NCBI GenBank assembly: GCA_023920165.1
Contig: CP089276.1
Coordinates: 3,472,001-3,536,000, forward strand
Length of the DNA: 64,000 nt
Reading direction: 5' to 3'
Origin: Curvularia clavata
Taxonomy: Eukaryota
Shown: positions 11,890 through 23,353 of the stretch, one piece after another
Layout of the letters: each line of letters begins with the position of its first letter
Numbering within the stretch: position 1 is the stretch's first letter
Notes under the pieces: model-generated
Told to the model about the DNA's origin: nothing
The model's database searches: none
What the model saw: the letters and a program-made list of their open reading frames with translations, nothing else
Position numbers and translations under genes: made by a program

Positions 11890-13668
11890 ATGTCTCTCTC
11901 GATACCCAACGCCCCCAATGCCGGCCTCTTCAAACAAGGCTACCAAAAGTAAGCCCCGGCACAACCCCGCAATCACTATAAACACTCAGCTCACCACCCC
12001 GCAACAGCTACGATGCCGAAGATGGCGCCGTCATTCGTAATATCGATGCCTGTCGGACGATTGCCCAGACGGTTCAGACGTCTCTCGGTCCCTATGGCCG
12101 CAACAAGATTGTCATAAACCACCTCCAGAAGATGATCCTCACCTCAGATGCGGCCACAATACTGCGCGAACTCGAGGTCGTACACCCAGCGGCGAAGCTC
12201 CTGGTTATGGCCAGCCAGCAGCAAGAGGCAGAAATGGGCGATGCGACAAACTTTGTCATCATCCTGGCTGGTGAGCTGCTCAAGAAGGCAGAGGAGCTGA
12301 TAAGAATGGGCTTGAAGACAAGCGACATTGTCTTGGGCTACGAGAAGGCACAACTTGCTGCTCTGCAGACGCTTGAAGGTATGTGTTGCCTACGGATATT
12401 ACTGAGGGTGACAATGCTGATTGAATGTAGAACTCGTGTGCGACAAGGTCGAAGATATCTGGTCACAAGAGCAACTCAGCAAGGCCATCCGCACCGTTGT
12501 TGCCGCTAAACAGTCCGGCAGTGAAGACTTCCTCGCTGACCTCGTTGCCGAAGCCGTCCTCGCCGTCCTCCCCAAGAACCCCGTAAACTTCAATGTCGAC
12601 AACGTCCGCGTGGTCAAGATCATGGGTGGAGCTCTGGAGCAGAGCAAGGTCGTCAAGGGCATGGTCTTCGCGAGACAGCCAGACGGTACCGTTCAAAAGG
12701 CAACCAAGGCCAAGGTCGGAGTCTTCTCGTGCCCAATCGACATTTCACAGACAGAGACCAAGGGTACGGTGCTGCTACACAACGCCAAGGAGATGATGGA
12801 ATTCACAAAGGGCGAGGAGCACCAAGTCGAACAGGCTATCAAGGAGCTCCACGACTCTGGCCTGAGGGTGGTTGTTGCTGGATCGACAATCGGCGAACTG
12901 GCTATGCACTACCTGAACCGCTACAACATTCTCGTTATCAAGATTCTCTCCAAGTTTGAGCTGCGACGGCTATGCAGAGTGGTTGGTGCCACACCGCTCG
13001 CTCGTCTTGGTGCACCTATGCCCGATGAGATGGGTACTATCGATGTGGTTGAGACACTTGAGATTGGCGGTGACCGTGTCACCGTTTTCCGACAAGAGAA
13101 TGAGCAGACACGAACTGCCACCCTGGTGCTGCGTGGCGCTACCCAGAACCACCTGGATGACGTAGAGCGGGCAATTGACGACGGTGTCAACGTAGTCAAG
13201 GCCATTACTCGAGACGCACGATTAGTGCCTGGTGCCGGAGCAACCGAGATGCAGTTGGTGGAAAGGATCAAGGCCATTGCCGACAAGACACCCGGTCTGG
13301 CACAGTACTCGATCCGCAAATACGCTGAGGCTTTCGAAGTCATTCCCCGCACGCTTGCCGAGTCCGCCGGTCTCGACGCAACCGAAGTCCTCGCCAAGCT
13401 GTACGTAGCACATGCCGCACAGAAGAACCGAAAAGACGACGAGTGGACGGTGGGTGTCGATATTGAGAACAACGACGACACGGGCACCCTGGATGCCAAG
13501 GCGGAGGGCATTCTCGACCTGTGGGTCAGCAAGATGTGGGCTATCAAGTTGGCCACTGAGGCTGCAAGGACGGTCCTGAGCGTGGACCAGATTATTGTGG
13601 CTAAGCAGGCTGGTGGCCCCAAAATGCCTGGAAAAGCACAGGCGGGCAATTGGGATCAGGATGACTAA
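11890..13668 (+). CDS. CCT8: T-complex protein 1 subunit theta; exons 11890-11948, 12009-12378, 12432-13668
   Basis: N-terminus MSLSIPNAPNAGLFKQGY, SLGPYGRNK, GDATN (theta-specific), C-terminal VDQIIVAKQAGGPK...WDQDD. Confidence 0.96.
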
Positions 13669-14183
13669 AGCCACCACAAGTGTCTGATGAGAAAATGTGT
13701 ATAATGAAACGGACTATCATAGCATTGAAAATAGATGTGTTGCAGTCCTTAACATCTTCCTATTACTTTTGCTGCCATGCGACCTTATTTGCACGAGACG
13801 AGTCTGCTAGCCATGATTTGATATGATTTGATTTATTTTTTGCTTTCCACGACTGCTAGGCTGGTAATCTATAGCCTGCATGCGATGAATACATGTTGTG
13901 TGTTGGCCTCTCTATCTGGGGCCGTACAGAAAAGGGGTTTTTTGGGTATCGCATTGTGCCCATACATAAATAAAAGCCTTGGAAAAGTGGCCCTTTTTTT
14001 GTCTTTTGTAGTTCAAACGCCCCGTTCTTGTCATGACTTTTTTGTTTGTTTCATGATTTTTAGTAAAGGGGTCAGAAAAAAAGAAGAGACTCAAGAAGAG
14101 AACCCCATGTGAATGTCATTCTTGAAGGTATTATGTTGTCAGTGTCGTCGTTGGTGTCAGAAGTGGCCAATCGACGTAATAGA

Positions 14184-14981
14184 CTATACTTGACCTATGG
14201 GTACGCCAAAGTTCAACGGCGGAGTCTTCAATTTCACACCGTCAACGACTTCTGTGTGTGCCGATTTGCGTGAGTCGCCCGATGAGTTCCGGCTCAGGGG
14301 CAAACCCACGTCTGTATTTTCAACAGGTGGAGGTGTGGGCTCTGGCGGAGGTGCCGGTTCCGATGGAGCTGAGGGCTCTGGTGCGTCCTTGAGCTTGCTG
14401 AATCTGTCCTGGTCCTTGGCTACCTTCTCGAGCACATCATCCAGCACGTCCAACGCTATGTGATCACTAGCACCCTCGTCGGGGTTCGTGGGCAGCATCA
14501 GCGGACCGATGAGGGGCTGGTCTTCCAGTGGTATATGTCTTTCTTTCTCGCTGTCGATGGCAGGCGGTGTTTGAGGAACGGCGGGCTCTTCGTCATGGAC
14601 GGGAGATAGAGCGCGAGGGATTAGCGGGGTATGGCCAGCATGTAGTTTGTTGGCCTCTGGCAGTGGAGAGAGGATAGCATGCGTGGGCGGGGGAGACGGA
14701 AGGACCTCGTCGTCCAGCTCAGAGTTAGGCAGAGAGATGCGTGTCGGGAGCGAGGGACGCTTTGGACGCTTCTGGAGCAGGCCGCCGAAGGACTGGCTAT
14801 ATGGATCGAGGGAACCCAGCTGGGCGGTGGCTGCAATGCCGTCCATGTCTTTGTGCTTCTCTGATGCCAACTCGGCTGGCGGAGTGGTGGTATTGGGGGC
14901 AGTGAAGAGGATGTCTGGACGCAGATCCATCTTAGTGATACCCGCCCAGACGGTCTGGGTTGCAGCGTGGGTATATGTCAT
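14184..14981 (-). CDS. Uncharacterised Pro-rich, probably disordered protein (265 aa)
   Basis: Single ATG-initiated ORF with protein-like composition and motif-like islands (LHAGHTP, GPLMLP, KLKTPPLNFGVPIG). Confidence 0.7.
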   Translation of the reverse strand: MTYTHAATQTVWAGITKMDLRPDILFTAPNTTTPPAELASEKHKDMDGIAATAQLGSLDPYSQSFGGLLQKRPKRPSLPTRISLPNSELDDEVLPSPPPTHAILSPLPEANKLHAGHTPLIPRALSPVHDEEPAVPQTPPAIDSEKERHIPLEDQPLIGPLMLPTNPDEGASDHIALDVLDDVLEKVAKDQDRFSKLKDAPEPSAPSEPAPPPEPTPPPVENTDVGLPLSRNSSGDSRKSAHTEVVDGVKLKTPPLNFGVPIGQV

Positions 14982-15939
14982 GATGAGGTCGCATAAACGC
15001 TAGAAGGCGGTTAGCATGCTTCTGCGTCTTCTAGAGGGCCTAAGCACGCACCTCTGGGTTGTGCGGTGCGAGTGACGTGTGGTGAAAGGGCAATGGCTGG
15101 GAAGAAAAGGAAGAATGCTGCCAGCAGTGTCGGAGAGTTAAAGGGACCACAGGCGTCTAGTGGGTGGAGCAGCAGTGAATCAGAGCCAGCGTGTACGGTA
15201 ACATTGCGAGGAGCATCGAGCAAACCCCCATGTCACACGTCATAGCTAGGCTCGTGCCTGGCGCTGCGCGGTGCGCCGGGCAACCACGACTGCGGCGGCG
15301 GGCGTCTGCATTCGAATCACTCCAACCCACCCCCACCCCAGTGCCCTTCACAGTCGCATTGCATGTTGCCTGCATCAACCAGAAAAAAACCCCCAGGCAA
15401 GCCACCCCTCCGCGCAGCCTGCGTGTCGCTTGCGAGCTTGTGCATCCGCTAGCCCGTTAATCATCATGAGGCCCATCTTGGCCAGACTGGGCGGCTATGA
15501 TGCGCGGCCCAACCTCGCGCCATCTTCCCTCCTGGATTGACCCGAAGCTCTGCGGCTTTCCTGGAACGAGACTGCCCAGCGCTGCCTTTCTCAGCCCTTG
15601 GCAGATCAGTACAAGCACAGCGCCCGCACGTGAGTCGCCATTGGCAGTTCGTCATCAGCTTCCAAGACCCAAACCTGCCGTTCGCGGGGCCGAAGAGGGG
15701 TAACCCTTCTGCCTTGAAAAAAAGTACGGCCCCAGGGTAGACGTCTAGAGCACATTAAGTGGTCGTGTATCCCGGTCTTGACGTCTGGCTGTCCTCGTTC
15801 TTTGGTACGGCATCTGGCTTTCCGACATCTTCCGCCTCTCCAACTTCCACCTTGTGCGCTTTCCCAATCAGGAGGACTAGCCACACTTGCGAATGTATTG
15901 ACATTTATCGTCTCCCAGCCGCGTCAGCCAGGATCAGCC

Positions 15940-17301
15940 ATGGATGCCTTTCCGTATATTCCACCCCGTCTCAAGTATGCCGGTCTGACCAAGCAAGAAA
16001 GAGATGGAAAGTCGGTGTCGGAAAAGCAACATGGCAATCCCACGACCAGCGTCACTTTCTTAAGCAAGGCAAATTCGCCGGGAACCAACCTGTCGCAAAC
16101 GGACCCTCTCAACACCGCAAGAAAACACAGTACCACGGGCAGCCGTAGCTACCCAACACCGTTTCCTACCGGTATGGAGTCTTCCGAAGACGACCTCCCT
16201 CCGTTTCCTGACCCAGAGATATCGTCGCTGGCCCTCGATACCAAGCCTGGTGCACAGATCCATTACACATACTACCCCGCCTCGAAACCCCAGGGCAATC
16301 ACCCCAACCCATTTTCTCAAACGCTCATCGTCTTCCTCAACGGGGCTATGGTGACTAGAAGTTCCTGGGACGCCACCATGCGCAGCTTTTTGGAGAAAAG
16401 AATAACGGGGCGGCTGCCGTATCCAGGCTTATTAAGCTACGATCGATACGGTCAAGGAGACTCAGACCCGGACCCTGATGACCCACACCCTCCACCCTCA
16501 CATGGTCATGACGCCATATCTGCCGTCAAGGCGCTCAAGCAATTTACGCTGCAAATATGGCGAGAACACCTTGACATTAATAGACCGACTCATTACCCGT
16601 GTCTAATCTTCGTCTGCAACAGTCTGGGTTGCGCCCTCGCCCGCCTCTTTGCACAATGCTATCCAGGCACTGTCTCGGGTCTGCTATTTCTCGACAGCAT
16701 AATAGCAAACTCGGACTACCTAGACTTTTGGCCCGACCCGGATGCCCCAGACTTTGACCCCCACACCCTGCCTGACGGTGTGACCGAGGATGAAGTCCGC
16801 GAAACAAGAGAAAAGTGCCGGAGAATGTTTCATCCGGATGTGCCGAGCCCAGAAGGCCTTTCCAGGCAGAATTTAGCCAAATTGCTGCCGCATGCTGGTG
16901 CACCGAAATTGGAGGGATATCTGGGAAGAGGACCTTACTTGACTGTAGTTGGTCATGATTGGGAGACGTTTGCTGAGCATTCTTGTACGTGTCTCTTTTT
17001 TCACTTGATGGTTTCTTGCCTAACTTGGTGCATGATAAATGCTGACTTTGCAATCTCAACAGATACCGGCATTCTCAAAACGCCAAAAGCTCTCACCATG
17101 ACGTATTTGAACCCTGCATGGCGTCGCTACAACGAAGAGCTGTGCTCCATTACCGACGAGGGCAAAGCCATTGGACCCATTACCGCTGTGCGCTGCGGTC
17201 ATTTCATACAGAAGGATGATCCGCGGTTTGTCAGCGACGAAATGGTGAGCTTACTAGATAGAGTGGTGAATCGCGTGCAGCAGGTGAGCAAGCGAGACTG
17301 A
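15940..17301 (+). CDS. Alpha/beta hydrolase; in-frame intron 16985-17062; start 15940 or 16173
   Basis: LIVFLNG, YDRYGQGDSD, nucleophile elbow CNSLG, LLFLDS, catalytic His in CGHFIQ. Intron GTACGT...GCTGAC...CAG. Confidence 0.88.
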   Translation: MDAFPYIPPRLKYAGLTKQERDGKSVSEKQHGNPTTSVTFLSKANSPGTNLSQTDPLNTARKHSTTGSRSYPTPFPTGMESSEDDLPPFPDPEISSLALDTKPGAQIHYTYYPASKPQGNHPNPFSQTLIVFLNGAMVTRSSWDATMRSFLEKRITGRLPYPGLLSYDRYGQGDSDPDPDDPHPPPSHGHDAISAVKALKQFTLQIWREHLDINRPTHYPCLIFVCNSLGCALARLFAQCYPGTVSGLLFLDSIIANSDYLDFWPDPDAPDFDPHTLPDGVTEDEVRETREKCRRMFHPDVPSPEGLSRQNLAKLLPHAGAPKLEGYLGRGPYLTVVGHDWETFAEHSCTCLFFHLMVSCLTWCMINADFAISTDTGILKTPKALTMTYLNPAWRRYNEELCSITDEGKAIGPITAVRCGHFIQKDDPRFVSDEMVSLLDRVVNRVQQVSKRD

Positions 17302-17921
17302 AACAAGCTGAGAAAGATGTAATATGAAGCAATCTTAGTTGTAATGTAATAAAGCAAAAAAAAAGACGTTCAGCATAGTTGTTATCAAGGAACTGGATCG
17401 TAGCTTCTTTGTCTCGAGAGTTCAGAAAATAATAATGTTTGGTTAGTTTAGCATACATGCATACTATACAAGCCTTTAACAACAACAACCAAAACAGAGA
17501 GGATACGATGTCCTAGCAAACCTGAGTGTTGTCCAAACAACAACAAAAACACCCCGAATAGAGCTCCAATCCCTGCCAATAACAAAAAATCAAAAAGTCC
17601 GCCCATATGTACATATTCCATGATTGACCCGGTATAAGCAAGAAAAAGGGTCCTGGTGGTAGAGGGCGCAGTTGGGGTTGCTGAATAAGCCCCATGGGGG
17701 TTGGGTATGGTTTAGCATGTGCTAGTGAGATGGGCACATGTCTGAGAAAAATAAAGCCTTCGTAGAATAGCGGCCGAGGTACGGGGGCTCGCGTGCTTGT
17801 GATAGCCTCCAGGCAAGGACGAAAAGGGCGACCGGATATATCAAAAAAAAGAAACCATCCCAAAAACCAACACCCGTATAACATGACAGTAGTGTGTTAG
17901 TGTGTGTTAGACACTCACATG

Positions 17922-19519
17922 TCAAAAGTCATCCATGTCGCCCATGAAGCTGTCTTCGCCCGGATCCACGCGACCCTTGTGCTTCACATGATGCAAGTCA
18001 TTCTCGAAGACTTCGTCGCCATCATCATCAAAGTCGTCATTGCCGATGTCGTCAACATGATCATCCTCCTCTTCTACTCTTTCTTCTAGCAATTTCCTCT
18101 TCTCTGCCTCGCTTAGGCCGGCTTTGCTCGCTGCTTCCATGCGCACGCGCAAAGGGCGGTTTTGCATATAGCTCTCCATATAACTTGCGCCGAGGCTGCT
18201 CGGGTATCCGTAGCTGCCTGCTTGATCCACATCAGCGACGCCGGAGCCGTGCAGGCCGCCTACGTAGGTGTCGAAGTTCTGATCTTGATCTGCGAGGCTG
18301 TCGCTTTCGAGCTCCGTAGTGGACACGAGCGAATTGGGGAAAATGGGGTCTGGGCCAGCGGTTTCGGGGATCGAGTGGGACGGTTGGATGGGCGAAGGAT
18401 CAAGGAAGGTTCGCGATGCGGTTTGTGCGGAGCCAAAGGGTACGTTGGGGGAACGAGGCGAGTGGAGCGGCGGGGAGTGCTCAGATGCGATAGATACGGG
18501 TGCGGGCGTCTTGGGTTCGGTCAAGGCCTTGTTCGCTGACCGGATAGCGTTGGCCATTGGGAGAGGGAGGCTGTGATGTACGGCATCACTGCGCTCAATG
18601 TACACTGGGGGCTCGGATGTCAGGCGCGGGTCGATCATGTCGTCGAGTGAGGCTACAGAGTTCGAGGCTGACGTTGCTTCGCTGCTGGGCGAAGTGAGCA
18701 GTGGCTCATCCACCGTGTCCGAGGGATGGACGGTCTGGCCATCGATGACCAGGCTGACTCTCTTCCGCGGTGTCTTGGGCTTGTCCTTGTGTCGCAGCGC
18801 CGACTTCTTCATTGTGGAGCGCTTTGATTTCTTAGCTGCTTCAGCTGGCTGCTTTTCTCTGGTATTCACTCCCGAAGCTGCGTTCTCCAGGTCTTGGTCG
18901 TCCTTCCTCTGCTTCTGGCTGTCTTTGCTTTGCTCAGCATCTCTCGATGCACCCGTTGCTGGCCTGTCGGCAGCGTCGTTTTTGACGTACGCAGCTTCTG
19001 GTCTTGCTGCCTTCTTCTTTTTCTTCTCGGGCGAACTGTCGCGTGCGTCAAGCAGTGGCAGGAAAACGGGCGTGACTAGACCGTAGAGCTCTTGCTCTCG
19101 CTTGTGCACCTTTGTGTGCTTCTTCTGCTTGATCTTGTCCTCAGGCTCAGGCGCCTGCGATACGGACGAGGGAGCGGTGTTCTCAGCATTACTAGCAGAA
19201 GATTTGGAGGCAGAGTCTAGTTGCTGAGGGCATTGCATTGAGCGGTACTGGTCTATAAGCTAGGCCAAAATCAGTTCTCAACATGACTGCGGCAAGGGTG
19301 AAGAATGGCGCCAGCAAGAGCGAACCGGGGGAATGGGGGGAAAGGCGTAGTTACCTGTTGGCCATAGTTGCGCAGCTCGTCCTGCTTGGCGGTGATGTAG
19401 GCGTCAATGTCGCGCTGGAGCTGCTGTCTCCTGAGCTCGACGCTGCGGGCCAGAGTGTCCAATTGCTCTTTGGTAAAGCCTGGAACCTCGGCCAGGCTCG
19501 GGTCGGGTTGAAGAAGCAT
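17922..19519 (-). CDS. Uncharacterised protein with N-terminal coiled coil and acidic C-terminus; exons 19519-19355, 19259-17922
   Basis: A GTAACT...CTAG intron joins the coiled-coil ORF (ELRRQQLQRDIDAYI) in frame to the 438-aa ORF. Start codon uncertain. Confidence 0.75.
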
Positions 19520-21138
19520 GGACTGGGCTTTGAACAAGAGTCTCTTCTGATCGGCCGGGAACTTCCGCAGAGGGCGTGCGCTGGGCAGGATTTGCAGGCG
19601 TCGAGGGCGTTCTGCAGTGGTGGGCGATGGCTTATTTGCACCTGGGCGGCGTCAGTTGTAGTCATTGCGGACAGGCAGACGCAGCGCAGGCGGTCCATTG
19701 TCGCATTTGCCAGGCGGAATGGCATACCTTGTGTCGAGCGAGTGACGCATCCGCCTAGCAGCGATTGGCTAGGCCCGACGGGTCACAGGACTCAACGGCG
19801 ATACGGTACCTTGGGCCAATCTCACCTCAGGGCAACGGCAACTGACCAGCAGAGGGTGGCACGCAAGCGGCAATTGAGGGCTTGGAAGAGGCGCCGAGGA
19901 GGAAGAGAGCAAAATCTCTGGCGTCCGCGGTCGTGAGGGGCTCAAGTTGCAATCCGAACGCTTTCTACTATCGAAACTGGCGCTTTTCCTCATACGAGGC
20001 ATAGCGTGGTGGGGCACAAAACCCCCGGCGCGCCGAGACCAGCGCTTCTAGAAGAACAATGCTCTTTTGCGCTGACCGGCCGCCGAGATGCTCAATACAA
20101 TAATCACAACATAGCCGCTGTTGCTGTCGCTGTCAGGCGCCTTTTGTACATACATGCTCCATATGCGTGCCCCTGTGCGCTAACCTGCCTAAGCCGCCAT
20201 GGCTTTCCCCATGCGGCCTTCCGCCCAGCCAAGATGCCCCCATCTACACCGATCAATCTGTCTGCTGCCTACCCGCGTCTCGACGTCTAGATTCATGACG
20301 CACTCTAAGTACCATGATCATGCAGTCGATATGCTGTGTGACACGAGCCGGTATACGTCCGACATGGGCTATTTTGACCACTCGACGTCGTCTGCTTCAT
20401 CCAACCGCCGTGATAATAGCATCCATCCGGTTCGTCACATAGATAGATTAGCCTAGGGCCGCGCCGCTATCAAGCACTAGCATGCCCCCAAGACACACGC
20501 TAGGAAAGTTCCATTTTGACAGTTGAATCCGTCGCAATATTTACCAACGCCCGTTTTGCTTGGTATAGCCCTACAGGTCGAATCACTGAAACGCATCAGC
20601 GCTGACAAGGACGAAGACGCCAATCAACGCAGGGGAACGGCCAAGGGCCCAGACCCGCTTCACTTTACTTCACATGTTCGCAGTGACTTTGCGTGTCATG
20701 GTTGCGATAAGTGCGGGGAGGGTAGTGAACTAGTCGAGTGTGATTGGGTGCTACCGCACTTGTTGGGAACCATCGCTGACTTGGGCAGTCGAATAGCTAC
20801 TCAGGTCGGAGCTGTTGAGCACGCTTTACATACACCCTTCTTTCTGGACCTGACCACCCAATGTACCAGTTGTCTTGCCAATCCAATCCAATCTCATATA
20901 TATCCGATCGAGGTTCGAGACATGCTTATCATGCACAGTCCTAATGGTTCAGCACTTCTGCTTGGAAGCCTGCCACGACGTCATACGGCGGCTCGCTGTG
21001 TAAGACCTGGATCCAAGGTTGACACATGCGCGATAAATGGCCATTTCTCGTCGAAGCACCCAGTACTAGCGTTGTACTACTTGAGCAAGCCAGACAGCTT
21101 GTTCTTTGGCGGTTGCGTTTTCCTCGTCTACCACGCGC

Positions 21139-22062
21139 TCAGTCGCCGCCTTCCTCCTCTTTTGCTTTCTCTTCCGCCTCGGCCTTCTTCTTGTCCTCCC
21201 ATTTCTGCTTCTTCTCCAATAGCTTTTGCAGGTTCTTTGCCCCGTTGAAGACACCGTACGTCTTTGCACTACACGCCGCGCATGTGGGGTCCTTTCGATA
21301 TCGCTTCAAGGCGCAGGCCTCGCAGAAGTAGTGTCCGCACTTGGTTACAATGGGCGTCTTGTATGGTTTCTTGCAGATGATGCAGGCAAACGGTATCTTT
21401 TCCAAGAGCGCCAGGTCCACACCGTCTTCATCCTTTTCCTTTGCGTCCCTATTGGCAGAGGCGACAACAGTGCCCCCAGGCTTTTTGCCCTTGGTGGACA
21501 TTTCCCACTCGCGATCTAGCTTCCAGCCGGCTGCGTAGTCTTCACGAGCGTGTAGGAACTTGCAGTTGTCGCCAAAACCGCAGAAACCTGTCTGCTTGTA
21601 ATCCTTGCACACATCTGGTGTATAGTCTGTGACTGTGATTGTGCGGATATTGGTAGAGGCCTTCATGGGTCCTACTTGGCGCGTCGGTGCGTCGGGGTTC
21701 TTCTCGACGAGGGAAGTGGGCTTCGTTCGCGTGCTGCCCAACAGGTTCTTGGAGCTGAGGGCATCGTCGGCCTTTTCATCGTACCAGTTGGACTGCTTTG
21801 TCGCATCGTTGCTTGCTTCTATGACTGCATCGGTATTGGCGGCGTATTGTGTTGTGCCCTCGACAGTCGTGTTCGTTTTCTGGTCGGCGGTAGAGGCCTT
21901 GAGGGCGTTGTCGTTCACCTTGCGCCGCTTGACTACCCGCCCATCTTCGCCTTCTGCATCGGAGCCAGAGGAGAAGTCGGAATCTGACTGGGGTGGCGGC
22001 GCGACTTTTCGGGGGGCAGCTTTCGCTCCTCGCTTCTTGAACTTGACGACGGGTGCGTCCAT
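21139..22062 (-). CDS. CWC24: Pre-mRNA splicing factor Cwc24 (CCCH zinc finger + RING)
   Basis: DYTPDVCKDYKQTGFCGFGDNCKFLHAREDY and IPFACIIC...CGHYFCEAC...CAAC. Confidence 0.96.
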   Translation of the reverse strand: MDAPVVKFKKRGAKAAPRKVAPPPQSDSDFSSGSDAEGEDGRVVKRRKVNDNALKASTADQKTNTTVEGTTQYAANTDAVIEASNDATKQSNWYDEKADDALSSKNLLGSTRTKPTSLVEKNPDAPTRQVGPMKASTNIRTITVTDYTPDVCKDYKQTGFCGFGDNCKFLHAREDYAAGWKLDREWEMSTKGKKPGGTVVASANRDAKEKDEDGVDLALLEKIPFACIICKKPYKTPIVTKCGHYFCEACALKRYRKDPTCAACSAKTYGVFNGAKNLQKLLEKKQKWEDKKKAEAEEKAKEEEGGD

Positions 22063-22164
22063 GGTGATTGTCCCGGTCACGGAAGAATGGGTGGGTGGAC
22101 GTTTGAAATGTGAACTGGAGCGCAAGCCAGAAAGTTCGAGCCACGCTGTGGCTGAGAAATCAAA

Positions 22165-22174
22165 GTCACGTGAC
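22165..22174. promoter_or_regulatory. Palindromic E-box GTCACGTGAC (Cbf1/bHLH-type site) about 100 bp upstream of CWC24
   Basis: Perfect 10-bp palindrome containing RTCACGTG. Function inferred only. Confidence 0.45.
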
Positions 22175-23353
22175 CTGATCTAGGGACTAGTGGCGCAGCC
22201 GACAGAAAGCTAGGCACAAGTATACCTTTGTACAGTCTGGGCCTACCATGCCCACCCAGACAGGCACCAGAATGCATCCGCCATGATGCTGCCCACAGGG
22301 ATACATATTCTACTTGCGGATGCCTGGGCGATCAATATGAAGCTCGGGACGGCTGGCGTACTGTACGCGGATGGTGAGTACATTCAAGTGCCGCCTGACT
22401 GGTCTCGGGACGCTGCATGGACCGCGGGCCGGGAGCGTCGGCTTGTTGTGCAATGAGGGTCGCTAAATGAAAGCATCTACCACCAAGGAGAGGTGTACAT
22501 GGACACATTCCGCATAGGATACAGGCAATGCTTGCATGACACTCCCTAGAGGACCCCTATCGGGAGCATGTTGTAGCAGAGGGCGACGGTGGCCGTGGGG
22601 TAACGGGCAGCGCGTCAAGCATGCAGCTGACCCAATCGCGTACACAAACAGCCCTCCTTGGCCTAGCAGGTAGTGAGGGGCCGCTGAACTACTGTACCAC
22701 TGCATCTGCACCGCCTACTGGCCGGCCACGATGCAGCAGCGGCTTGGGTGGAGTCTGGCGTACATATGTATGCTGAATTAGTGTAGGCACTGTGTTGATG
22801 TTGTGGATTCCATCGCCTTGACGTGCACGGCCGCTTCATTTCGCTCGCCCGCACCACATCATCCATCGCTGCTGAACCTCACTCCTCTGTCGCCTCAGTC
22901 GCCTCTATCGCCCCCCTCCAGCCCGTTCGGCATTCCCTTGTTTTCTTTTTCCTTTATCCTTCGCACCCGCTGCTCCCAGCGATGCGCCTTTGCTTCTTTT
23001 CTGTACTGTGACCGAAACGCGATCCAGTGCCCAGCTGCCGCGGCCGTGTCTCGAGTCGGCTTTGTGCGCGTCGCCTTCGCCCACGCCCTTTGAATCTCGC
23101 CTTGACAGAGCAAACCTCTCTGCCGCTCCCGTTCCTAATACGACAACAACACACCCGCCGCCGCCGCTGTTGCCACCACCACTCATCGCCGGTTTCACGT
23201 ACCTTGCCTGCTCCTTAATTACACCTTTCTCGCAAACCTTACCGATTCTCAACTACAATATAAAAAAATATCATACTACACACGCGCCTTCCTCCCGAAA
23301 CCTCCCCCCGGGCGATGGGACAATAGGAGACGGGGCGCCCAAACTACTAACTA

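Noticed and set aside
12921..13649. Long antisense ORFs opposite CCT8 (and similar ones opposite SAP, NOC3, ADH and vWA genes)
   Set aside because: Shadow ORFs produced by codon bias of the real genes.
20523..21248. 241-aa plus-strand ORF overlapping the CWC24 3' end
   Set aside because: TTG start, no recognisable motif, and its C-terminus is just the antisense of the CWC24 Lys/Glu tail.
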